A stretch of DNA of 64,000 nucleotides from Tubulanus polymorphus (Eukaryota; Animalia; Nemertea). Below are positions 12,944 through 23,350 of the stretch, one piece after another (position 1 is the first letter of the stretch; each line of letters begins with the position of its first letter). A model generated the notes under the pieces. The model made no database searches. It worked only from the letters and a program-made list of their open reading frames with translations, and had not been told where the DNA came from. The stretch covers positions 12,598,962 to 12,662,961 of the forward strand of contig NC_134034.1 of the NCBI RefSeq assembly GCF_964204645.1, written 5' to 3'. The position numbers and the translations under genes were made by a program.

Positions 12944-14901
12944 GACAGCTTTAATCATTCATTCACCACCAGTCATGGAGGCTATTACCGGTGCAATTAT
13001 TCGAACTGTAACTGTAACACGATCGCCTGCGTGCTGCGCTTACAGTCGCGCTGCTTCTAATGGTAACGTATGACACGTTTGTTGGATTAAATCGCGACGG
13101 TCGCTTAGCAACTTCTTAAAATCGGAAATATATTAATCAGAAATAACGAAGATTCGCGAAAAAAAAACAACCAACTGATCTTTCTATCGATAATGTTATA
13201 AATGCTTGTATAATATTGAGAAATAATGATAAGGTTTAACGTACAAAGTTAACTGAATTAAAATGGGATACCGGTAAGGCTACGGGAGGGAAGTGAGAAT
13301 TCAGCGATAATCCACCAGGTGTCGCGCTTCCATCTCTTCTACATTTCAATTAGATTCTCGAGTCAACTTTTCTGATTAGTGAAATCAATTTTCAGTGAAA
13401 TCTATACCATACACTGAAAGGCAATCTGATATCTATCCGATGACTTGTTTGATGATAATTTTTGGATTTGGAAGCGTAAAGATCTTCGCTCGGAATGAAC
13501 CAGTGTTTTGTTGAGCCATCTGGTGAGTGCTGCTGCTGGTATCCATTGTATTGAATATGTATTGGTTACTCGAATATAGAGACGACTTCACCGAGCCGCA
13601 ATTTATGAAAGGAGTTTGACTGAGGAAGGAGGGGGGAAGTGTAGACGCCTCTTCCCTGGTTTGAATATGCTGATTTGGTGTCTAAATCGATCACCAGATG
13701 GAGCTGTTTTTCTACGATCGTCTGCTAACAATGTTTGTATTATAGTTGATTAAGGTCACACTAAGCCACGATCAATTGTTACGTTACCCCGTTACAGACT
13801 GGGCCCGGGTTTTATAAAGCTTATGAGCCTCGACCCTACAGCGTTAGACCAGAGACTACGTCTCAAATTAGTTCTAGTTTAGTTTGAGTTCGTGTTTGGA
13901 TTAAATCCAATTTTCTCTATTCAAGAATCGTTAGAATTTTTGGGTTGAAGTCTTACCCAACAAGGGACAGCAATTAATGTTCGATTATTTTATTGGATTT
14001 TCCGATATAGCGAGATAGGTTTTAATTTGTTTTTAAAAATAAGTTCGAATCGTTCGATGTTTGTTACCGTTTAACGGGATTATGGGGTCGTGAGGGGTGG
14101 GAGGTGGGAGGGGCTCACCAGGGGTGGCAGCTGGAGGGGTGACAGGCAGAAGGGTTTTTACCAGACCGCGCTTGGTCGTACTTTTGCATAAAATCAAAAA
14201 GATGAAAATTGAGAAACATGCTTTTAAATATTAGAGGGTTTGGATAGAGATCTCCTGTAACAGGGGCATTAGGAAGGGGAGTTTGTGGGGATAGAGGGGA
14301 GGATGGGGTATCGAGGGGGGCGAGGGGGAGGATGGTTATCGAAGGGGTAGGACAGGCATCAAGGGGAGACTGACACATTCTTTGCATTTATGTAAATAAA
14401 CCGGAATATTTGTATTTGATTTGATTGATTTTCGTCGCTTTGTAAAAAAGATTTGATTTTAACCGTTGAATTTTGTAAATAAAACGCGCACATATCGTCA
14501 TTAGTTTATGTCAGAAAAAAAAATAATATGTATTTTTTTTATCAATTCTACGGTTCGTCGGTTATCTCAGGAAAATTGACGCTCGCCTCAAATCTCATGG
14601 GACCAACAAATTTCAGATAGCCTCTAGGGGGATAAATCCTCAATCCGGGTGACGACCGCCTTAGTAACAATCAGAAACCATGGTTATAGCTGACATATTT
14701 CAAATCAAAATGTTCTCAGTGATTATTTGCTTCCGCGAAACCAACTTAGCTGAGGTCCTTAAAATTGGACCCAAATGTCTAAAGAAAAACAAAAAGCTAG
14801 TCGTTTTCTCTGCTAGTCAATATAGTTTTGTTTGCTTTCTTTCATGATATTTACATATAGGTCCAGTGTGTGATTTTCAAGGATAAAATGCGGCTCTGTC
14901 G

Positions 14902-17900
14902 TTATTTCTGCGAGTGTTTGAATATTTTCAAATGATTATCCGCCCCACCCGACAACATCAGGTCGGGTATCGACCAATCGGTGCACAGCACTCGGTCCTC
15001 GTGACCGGTCATATCGTACATCGGAGCCTTCGGGCTGAAAATAGAAAATATTGGACGATTTAAGTTCCTTCCTGCCCGAAACGGTCGAAGACACGCAATT
15101 GGTTAGATCGCAATATCTAAGCGATGAATCAACGATGAATGTGAAATCCAACGATCGTTGAAAAACTAAAAATTTTAATCTAAAATACTGGATATATTTA
15201 GGGTGGTTTCTAACGCCCTTCTTCGGTCTAAAAGAATTTCTCAGACTGCAGAAGCCAGTAGAAACCACCCGAAATATTTCTTATATTTTGAAACAAACTT
15301 TTTAGCCTGTCATGGGATTTTACATTAGTAGGAGCCATATCACTAGTCAATCCCTAAAACATGACTACCTTCATTAATCCCCCTATGATATCACATTATC
15401 TACTACATGTAGTTAGTCATCAGGTGCCGGTTGCATAGTCATAGCTTACACTTAAGATCAGTCTAAGACCAACTAAGTTCTATAGCCAATCTAACAACTT
15501 AAGACCAGTCTTAAGATTTAAGACCACTTTTTGACTTAAGTCACGACTGTGCAACTGGCCCCTGATCTATAGACTCTTCTAGAAAGTAGATACCGGTATG
15601 CAGGGTGCGATCTAAGCACTTATCCGATTGCCCGGGACAAGTATATTATTATAGGGGCAAGTAGGTTATCATTATCACTTGTCCCCCGGGCTAGTGTAAT
15701 TTCATGACACAGAGCTTTTTTTCCCACTCGATACAACGGTGAATTGTGGCCACAAATTGGAATGCCTGTGAAGGGCAAGTAGCTTTTGGAGGGGGCAAGC
15801 GAAATTTCAGATATGCTTGCCCCTCCGGCAAGTGGATTTGGTTCCTTAGATCGGACCCTGGGTATGGCAGTCTTTACAGATCCCCCTACAACGTCATGAG
15901 AAATTAATTGCAATAACGCTGATCTTACCTTCTGACGTCCCAAAGTTTTAACACTGAATCGTAACTGCCGGAGATGAATAGGTTTGGATTGTGTTGAGAC
16001 CAGGAGACCGAGGTCACCCAGCCGGTGTGAGACGTGAATGTACTAGTCACAATACTGTCACCTGAAAAATTACATCATTTATTTATCTAGCTAGCTATGG
16101 GTGCATCAGTTACGGAATCGGGGGAAATAGGTGGGGATCTCGAAGTGGATCTAAATTCACTGATCTTCCCTGCAGGGTATTCGAAATCGACCATTGATTC
16201 TTAGGAACCAGTGGAGTTGCTCAAAGAAACCAGCGGATAAATACCATAGTAACGATGAACTTTTAAGTGTCAATTATGTCAACTATCCACTGGTTAATTC
16301 TAACCAACAACTGAGCAACTGCAGCCCTGCACTCGGAATTCTTTTGACTTAAACCATCACTATTTGCTGATAACAGGGTGCGATCTAAGCACTTGTCCGA
16401 TTGCCCGGGACAAGTATATTCTCATCAGGGCAAGTAGGTAATCATTATCACTTGTCCCCCGGGCTAGTGTAATTTTATGTCACAAAACTTTTTTCCCTCT
16501 CGATACAACGGATGATAGTTACACCAATCGGACTGCCTGTGTAGTAGGGCAAGCAGCTTTTGGAGGGGGCAAGCGAAATTTCAGATGTGCTTGCATTCTA
16601 ATAGGGGAGAGGAGAGAGAAGAGAAACGTAGTTATATTGTTTTGTGGATGCCACAGACTGATGGAGGAGAGAGAAATGTTGATACCTTCGTTTCGTGGAT
16701 CCCACAATCTGATGTGACGATCGGCAGACGCTGAAAGCACCATTTTATTCGCAGTCGAGTACGAAATATCTAAAAACACTTTTACACCATTCTACAAAAT
16801 ACAAAATACTATTCCGTAAAAACCGAACCGCGTAACCAACACCACCTGGCGGCCCGGGAGTGTAACAGTCCTAGAGTAATTAGCTAGAATTAGTTAACTT
16901 TGTCTAATATCTGTGTTACTTTACGATTAAAAAGATTTCATTTGGGGGGCAATTGTCCTGATACCGTAACCAGCACCACCTGGCGGCCCGGGAGTGTAAC
17001 TTACCAACGTAGATTTCTCGCAGCCCTCGTGCAGATCCCATATTTTCATCGTGTGATCCCACGAAGCCGTCAGGATATCCTTATCGTCCAACCATCGAGC
17101 GGACGATATCGATTCTTTATGACCGGAGAACGTCATCACGGGAACCTGCGTCGATACTTTGTGATCCGATTTACGTTTTTTATCCGTATGTTCGTCTCCG
17201 TCTGCTTCCTGATTGGTCGAATCGCTGCTATCTAAAAATCAACACCAAAATTCAAGAGTTAAACCCTTTCAGTGCGTCTACACCGCAGTGTGGTGTATGA
17301 ATCAGTGATGGATTTTGCTAGTACGCCGCACTGCGGTGTATTGATGTAATTAGTAATTATCTCTAATCTAAAGATTAGAACCGTGACATGAATGGTTCGT
17401 CTGCCAATCAACTTTACCTGTATTCCAGATCTTTAATAACGCGTCCCAGGAACCACTGCAAAACTAACACAAAACATCGTAATCATTAATAATCATTCAA
17501 CTGAATCTTGTAACAACAAACTTCAAGGCATCAGAATCTGTTCGTTTTAACCAATATTTATATACACATTGGAATCTTGTCACAACAAACTCCAAGAGAC
17601 CTGGGGCCAGTTGCTCAAAAGTTGGTTAAAGGTAACCGGCCGTTAAATACCATGGTAAGGCTAAACAAAAATGATACCTTGTTTCTCCGCAGCGGCCGGG
17701 TCATTTTTGTAAAATATGATAAAATTTATAAACAGTTCATTTCTATAGCGGCCGGGTCAGTTATGGTAAAATTGATCACGATTTTAAAAAAAAGTAATGT
17801 ATAGGGTAGATAGGCGGCCGGCCGGGTCAACATTTAAGCTCAGTAGAGCGGAGAAACAAGGTATCAATTTTTTTTAGCCTAACAATGAAATTTCATTTGT

Positions 17901-20900
17901 CACCATATCAACTATCGACTGGTTAACTCCAGCCAACTTTTGAGCAACCGGCCCCAGAAATCTATTCGTTTTCACCGATAGTTCAATACAGTTGAACGTC
18001 GTTACAACGAAATTCAGGGCACCAGAAAATACGTTCGTTATATATATATATATATATATAATTTATTTTTCATCATTATGTCATGCAAGATACAATATAG
18101 GAGTTAAACATAGTTTTTAAAGACATAAGATGAGGGACACAGTGCGAGTCTAGGGCTGTACTTATAATTACTAAGGCACTGTGCCCACGTGCATTATGTG
18201 CAAGGTGCAATACAAATAGATATATATGTCACTTTATAATATATGAATATCGTTAACATTATAATATCCATCCATATTCATAATAATTAGAAGGATTATG
18301 ACCGATAGTTCAATATACATGTATCTAGGGCCAATTACACAGTCATGTCTTACATGTAGGTTTAAGACCACTTTCGTTTAGAGGGCCAATCTAACAACTT
18401 AAGACCAGTTTTAAGACTACATTCGATCTTTCGCTTAAGTCATGACTGGACTACTTGGTCCAGTATCGTCCTATTTAAGCCGAACAAGGTTAATTTGAAA
18501 TGTAGTAAGTAATTTCGTACCCGTGTTTTTTGTGGGCTGACCGCGACGCACTCGATACTTCCAGCGTGACCTTTACATTGCGTCAAACATTTCACCGAAT
18601 TCGTCTTCGGATTCCAATGCCATCTCAACAAAACCTGGTCATGTGACCCGGTGACGAATGTCGCCGATTCCTCATCTAAAACGAGTAACAACAATATAAT
18701 TTCGGCGGAGTATCTCCAGATAGTTCGATAAGCGTTAAAACGCAACTATCAAAATCTCCTTTATGATTATGATTTTATTTACATGAATCAATCGATTTCG
18801 ACTCATCTCTTCCAAGTCCTTTTCAAGAAATGAATAATATATATAGTTAGTTTCTATCTATTCATTTCTTGAAAGGGGTAATTCATTTATTACGTACGGA
18901 TTGAGGGGGGAGGGTTCAGAGCAATTGCGTACTGTAATGCTTAATGTATATGAAAAAATGGCCGATTTTGCGTACAGAGGGGGAGGGGGGGTTGAAAAAT
19001 ACAAATTTTATGCGTACGTAATAAATGAACGATCCCAAAAGGACTCGGAGAGATGAGTCGAAATCGATGGAATCATGAAACATGTAAATAAAATCATCAT
19101 GAAGATTTTGATAGTTGCCTTTTTACTTTCGAATCAAAACAAATCAACATCAGAAATTCGACGCGACGAACTCCAGACGTCGATTCCCGATTCGTCGGTT
19201 ACCTTGTTCGACCCACGCGAGACATTTTACCGGCGCCGTGTGTCCGGGTATCGTCACCAAATTATCGCCGTTCGTGTTCCAAATTTTAACCGTATTGTCG
19301 TAGCAACCGCTAAGAATGCTGTAAAAACATCGATTGAAAAATTTAACTTCCAAGATTTTCAAGTTCGAAAATTCAGGGGCTGCGGAAGTAGGTTAGAGTG
19401 GATAGTTGACAAAGTAACAATTAAAAGTTCATTGTTACTATGGTATTTATCCGCCGGTTATCTTGAACAAACTTCAGAGCAACCGCAGCCACTGATATCT
19501 CCCCAAAAACTGTCATTTTCGTACTTACAAAGAATTCGACCCTTCTACGCAGCTGACCCAATCATCGTGTTGTAAAGAATCCTCAGGAGAGGGCGCCGCT
19601 TCGCGTTCTAAAAACTCCACATCTAACACGGCTTCCTAAAATCGACAGAATGAAATCGGACACATTTAAAAAAAAATTTCTCAACAATTCGCACCCGACG
19701 TACGGAGCTAGAACTGCAGATAACAGACGGATCCCATCAGTTTATAGCAGTTTCTTAGAATCGATGGAATAATCAAGAAATAAAAGTTTGCTCGCGAAGA
19801 ATTTTCTAAGACATCTCGTCCGACAATAAGAGAGAAGAACAACGTTATTCTTTTATTATAAAAGGTTTTTATTTTTTAGGAAATTTCTTGAAAATATATA
19901 CATTTTAAAAGTACATGTTTTTAGACACAACTGTTCGGTGGATTATGTAATTCAGTTTCTCAATCCTCTCGGATTTCATTATGATTGAGAAAGTTTTTTT
20001 TTCATCGAATCTCAAAAACTCCATGAGAATTTGTCTGATTTTACGAATCGTATCATTTTTCAATTTTAGAGCAACAATTAACAGTTAACCAGCGAGAGAG
20101 AAAGGGTGAGGGATGAGAGAGGTGATGAGAGGAGGGGGAGAAAGGAATGGGGCGAAGGGAGGAGAGAAGAATGGTGAGAGGGGAGGGAGGGGAGAAGAGC
20201 GGTGAGAAGGGATGAGAGAAGCGTGGTGAGAGGGGAGGGAGGAGAAAAGCGTGGTGAGAGGGGAGGGAGGAGAGAAGAGCGGTGAGAAGGGATGAAAGGG
20301 GAGAAGGGAGGAAAGGGGAGAAGGAAGGAAAGAAACAGTGAGAACAGATTGATTTATGAAGAGAAAGTCTCGTGAAATCTCGTCAAATCTTTCAGTTGTT
20401 TCTGATGTTGTGGAAGTAATTTCAGACAGTTTTTAAACTCCGATGAATCGTTTTCAAATAATATCGCGGCAACTCTTGATTTCTGCAGTAAAACCTCCTC
20501 GTTTTCCGTTTTCAAACATTTCGAGTTAAAGTGAAAAGCCGGCCACCAGTCCGCACGCGATTTCCACAACGTTTTCACGTGCTCGATTTCCGCCCGCTTT
20601 TTGTTGGTCGCCACGGTAACGAGATCGTCCGCTAGTAGTTTCCACGGTCGCGACTCGATCCGGCGACCCGCCACGTAATCGAGCGCGTTGAACAGAACGG
20701 CGACCGCCGGACGAGCGTTGCCCGGCGACTCGCGACGATACTCGTCGTGTAAATCGATCGCCAGTCGATGAGACGGAACGAGTCGAACGAGATCCTCGAC
20801 CGGTTTTAACCGGTGAGTCGACGAGTCGCACATCTCCGGGTGTCGTTTATAGAACTCGTACAACAATACGTGAGCGTTCGGATTGTCGCTATTCGAATCG

Positions 20901-22905
20901 GCATTTTTAATTAATGTCTTCTGCGCCACCGAAAACTCTTCGAGATGTTCCAAAACTTCGACGTACACCGCGATGAAAATATCCCAAACACGACCGGCGA
21001 CGCCATCTGTAATCGGCGCGAGAGCGTCCGCGGCGTCCATAGCGAGGATATCGACGGCTTCTTCCCCTCCGTCTGCCAACTGTACGTTATATTCGTTATA
21101 CTCGCGTCTGGCGCGTCGGTATTTAACGTACGCGATCAAACCGCGATAGAACGAGATAATGTCGAATATCAGATCGCTGTCCGTCTGCTGCAGCGGGCTA
21201 CGCATCCAACTAACCCGCGGCGACCGTAGAATATCGTCGGCCTCGTTTAAATCGACGGGACTCGAACGCCGCAACGCCAACAGCGCTAGCGCTTCGTCGA
21301 GCAGCACTTCCTGCTCGGAAATTCCGGCCCTCACACCGAGTAACGGCCGGAGACGTTTCTCGAAGCGCGATCGCAAACCGACGCCGAACTCGCCGTATTG
21401 TAACAATATCTCGCTGCCGAGTCGCCATAGAAACGCGAGCGACGTACTCGGTTCGTACACGCAGCGCGAGAATACGTGCAACGCGTCGACCCAACGGTGA
21501 TCGAGAACCTGTTCGCGCAGCAGGTTCAACAACAACACCAACAATCGAAAACGACTGTTGGTACGCGCGAGGGTCTGACGCAACCAGTTATGACTGAAAT
21601 CGATTTTATCGAGAGTTTTCTCGTTCCATTCGTCGACCCAATTCGCGTGCTCCGTAACGAACTTACGAAATTCTCGTTCCTCCTCCGCGAGGTCGCCGTC
21701 CGCCGACGTCGACACGCGATCGCGTTCGATTATAAAGCACAGTAGCTTGATGACATTATCGCACAGTTCGTTCGTGTCTTCTTTTACGTTCGATACGGCG
21801 GCCATTTTGTCTCGGAATTCTAGCGCGATTGTTCGTCTCTGCAAGATACAATTAGTTCCCGGTTAGCGGTTGTCGTCTGACGCTCTGTTTTTATCTTAAT
21901 CTCTTTCCCAAATTAATTACGGCGACGAAGAAGGTTCTACTGGTAATTTTAGACAATTTCAGACAGTGGAAAGAACCGGCGATTCTAATGCGCTAAATGT
22001 TCGAACTCGGGGCCAAAAAACGGACAAAATCTCTACCGAAGACGACATCCCGGCATCAAACCAAGCTCTGACAGGGCAAATACGGCTGATTTCGCTTGCG
22101 ATTTAAAACTTTACGAAAACCTGAAACGGAAGATGAATTCTGAACGTTGCTTACCGTAGATTTACCGCTATTTTCGATGTATTCTTGTAGACTCGATCGC
22201 AGAAATTCGCCGTCGATCAAAAAGTCGAACGAAACTTTACGCCCTTCGCCGGAACCTGAATCGCAAAATTTCAGTCAAGTAAAAATAAGCGGCTTCGATC
22301 GTCGAGATGAAAATAAGCGACTCACGAAAATAAACGAACCTTGTTTGATGAGTCCATTAATCAGGTCACTTAATTCATTGATCGTTACGTTTGAAGGTAC
22401 AGAAAACGGATCATCAGGAACTGAATACCTGAAACAGAGTTTAATCGTTCAGAAGTACGTTGACCCGGCCAGGGGGTGAAGGGTATGTTTATTAGCCGGT
22501 TTCCAGGATGTAGGACGGGTCACGTATGTAATTTCGTTATCACTCGGAAGTAATTAATCTTCATTGAATTGAATTGGTTTGATTTTTCGATCAATTCTTC
22601 TTCTTTAGAATAATGTGGAGGACCCATAATTGGGTATTGTCCCACAGCGTTTGACAGCGATGCTCGGACTGGATATCAGTTAGGTTAAAATTCAAATATG
22701 TACAGTTAAAACGGTGTAGGTAGAAAGAGTATTTAAGACTTTCAGCGAGAATCGATTAGAGGAAACCTCCCGGATTCGGATGCTCCGGTCGGTCGGGATT
22801 ATTTTCAGTTTATTGCCGATTATTCTAGAATACTTACTGTTCTTGTTTCGTAAAGAATTTAACTTGCACATGTGCAATATTCGACTGGTCAGTGGACGCC
22901 GCCAT
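14902..22905 (-). CDS. WDR12: Ribosome biogenesis protein WDR12 (Ytm1): N-terminal NLE/UBL domain + WD40 repeats
   Basis: Exons: 22905-22838, 22428-22340, 22255-22155, 19635-19529, 19318-19203, 18675-18521, 17463-17418, 17231-17005, 16791-16686, 16061-15929, 15034-14902. Motifs: VQVKFFTKQEQYSVPDDPFSVP, FDFLIDGEFLR, LQHDDWVS, ILSGCYDNTVKIW, SGSWDALLKIW, TASWDHTMKIWD, SASADRHIRLWDPR, SHTGWVTSVSWS, PMYDMTGHEDRVLCTDWS. Confidence 0.95.
15601..15860. mobile_element. Non-autonomous DNA transposon family D, CAGGG termini, 6-bp TSD
   Basis: TIR CAGGGTGCGATCTAAG / CTTAGATCGGACCCTG; GGTATG duplicated at 15595-15600 and 15861-15866. A 3'-truncated copy lies at ~16374-16595. Confidence 0.82.
16374..16595. 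mobile_element. Truncated second copy of family D
   Basis: Colinear high similarity to 15601-15820; the right TIR is missing. Confidence 0.78.
17603..17954. mobile_element. MITE family B (GGGCCAGTTGCTCAAAAGTTGG...TTGAGCAACCGGCCC) interrupted by a family C MITE at 17659-17879
   Basis: The family B consensus ATACCATAGTAACAATGAA is split at TAA with duplication. Other family B copies at ~2160-2287, 2850-2969, 16215-16329, 19377-19490, 41325-41441, 54975-55220, 56990-57122 and 61235-61376. Confidence 0.85.
18742..19118. mobile_element. Long-TIR foldback element with a nested MITE (18875-19036)
   Basis: Outer arms GCAACTATCAAAAT...ATCGATTTCGACTCATCTC / GAGATGAGTCGAAATCGAT...ATTTTGATAGTTGC. Inner element GGGGTAATTCATTTATTACGTACG...CGTACGTAATAAATGAACGATCCC, flanked by AAA. 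Confidence 0.78.
19852..19873 (-). terminator. Two AATAAA polyadenylation signals for the TAF1A transcript, inside WDR12 intron 3
   Basis: TTTATT on the plus strand at 19852-19857 and 19868-19873. This is about 490 nt past the TAF1A stop and about 220 nt before the WDR12 exon 4 acceptor. Confidence 0.55.
20095..20335. repeat. GA-rich low-complexity tract in the TAF1A 3' region
   Basis: Nearly pure purine run with GGTGAGAGGGGAGGGAGG units. Confidence 0.8.
20354..21805 (-). CDS. TAF1A: TATA-box-binding protein-associated factor RNA polymerase I subunit A (SL1 subunit TAF1A/TAFI48), intronless ORF nested in WDR12 intron 3
   Basis: Uninterrupted 483-aa ORF from AAAATGGCC. Colinear motifs match remembered vertebrate TAF1A: HRWVDA, WRLGSEIL, VWDIFIAVYVEVLE, NPNAHVLLYEF, LVPSHRL, VLFNALDY, WKSRADWWPAFHF. 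Confidence 0.88.
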   Translation of the reverse strand: MAAVSNVKEDTNELCDNVIKLLCFIIERDRVSTSADGDLAEEEREFRKFVTEHANWVDEWNEKTLDKIDFSHNWLRQTLARTNSRFRLLVLLLNLLREQVLDHRWVDALHVFSRCVYEPSTSLAFLWRLGSEILLQYGEFGVGLRSRFEKRLRPLLGVRAGISEQEVLLDEALALLALRRSSPVDLNEADDILRSPRVSWMRSPLQQTDSDLIFDIISFYRGLIAYVKYRRARREYNEYNVQLADGGEEAVDILAMDAADALAPITDGVAGRVWDIFIAVYVEVLEHLEEFSVAQKTLIKNADSNSDNPNAHVLLYEFYKRHPEMCDSSTHRLKPVEDLVRLVPSHRLAIDLHDEYRRESPGNARPAVAVLFNALDYVAGRRIESRPWKLLADDLVTVATNKKRAEIEHVKTLWKSRADWWPAFHFNSKCLKTENEEVLLQKSRVAAILFENDSSEFKNCLKLLPQHQKQLKDLTRFHETFSS

Positions 22906-23251
22906 CTTCTCTCATCGCTTGCCACAGCTGGGGATTTTCATTTTTGCTACAATATATATTTATTTGATTGAATTGATTCACTTGCCGGAGGTGGAATTTT
23001 CAATTCAATTAAGTTATGTTTTCAAATATTAGTAATCTGTTTTCTGGCAAAAATTTTTCACCTGTTATCAGCATTTCATATCAGAGAAACTGAAATCAGA
23101 GACGGGAAGTCTAGTTTAAAGTTGAATTTCGTTTGAATATAGTTTTAGTTGAATTTGCTCGCTTGCCATAGTTGGAATTTGAAGCGGTTCGAATCATCGC
23201 CTTCGAATTAGAGACGATTTAAAGGGATTAACCGGATACAAAAACGTGCAG

Positions 23252-23350
23252 ATGTTTTCATTTAAAAGGAAATCGTCGGTCAGACAGCCTGACTTAGTAA
23301 GAAGAGAAAGTTCGTGTCCAGGAATTAATTTCGAAGAACATTTCACGGAG
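23252..23350 (+). CDS. NOSTRIN-like alternative first coding exon 1a
   Basis: MFSFKRK...GINFEEHFTE|GTAGGC, phase 0. It joins GLNGFDEL to give a typical F-BAR start. Divergent from the WDR12 ATG, about 350 bp away. Confidence 0.7.

Noticed and set aside
20526-21745. Several overlapping ORFs on both strands within TAF1A
   Set aside because: Shadow ORFs of a GC-rich coding sequence, with no recognisable motifs.
14902-22905. Intronic snoRNAs expected in a ribosome-biogenesis host gene
   Set aside because: I found no convincing C/D box pair with a terminal stem, and no H/ACA layout, by eye. An Infernal/Rfam scan is needed to exclude them.
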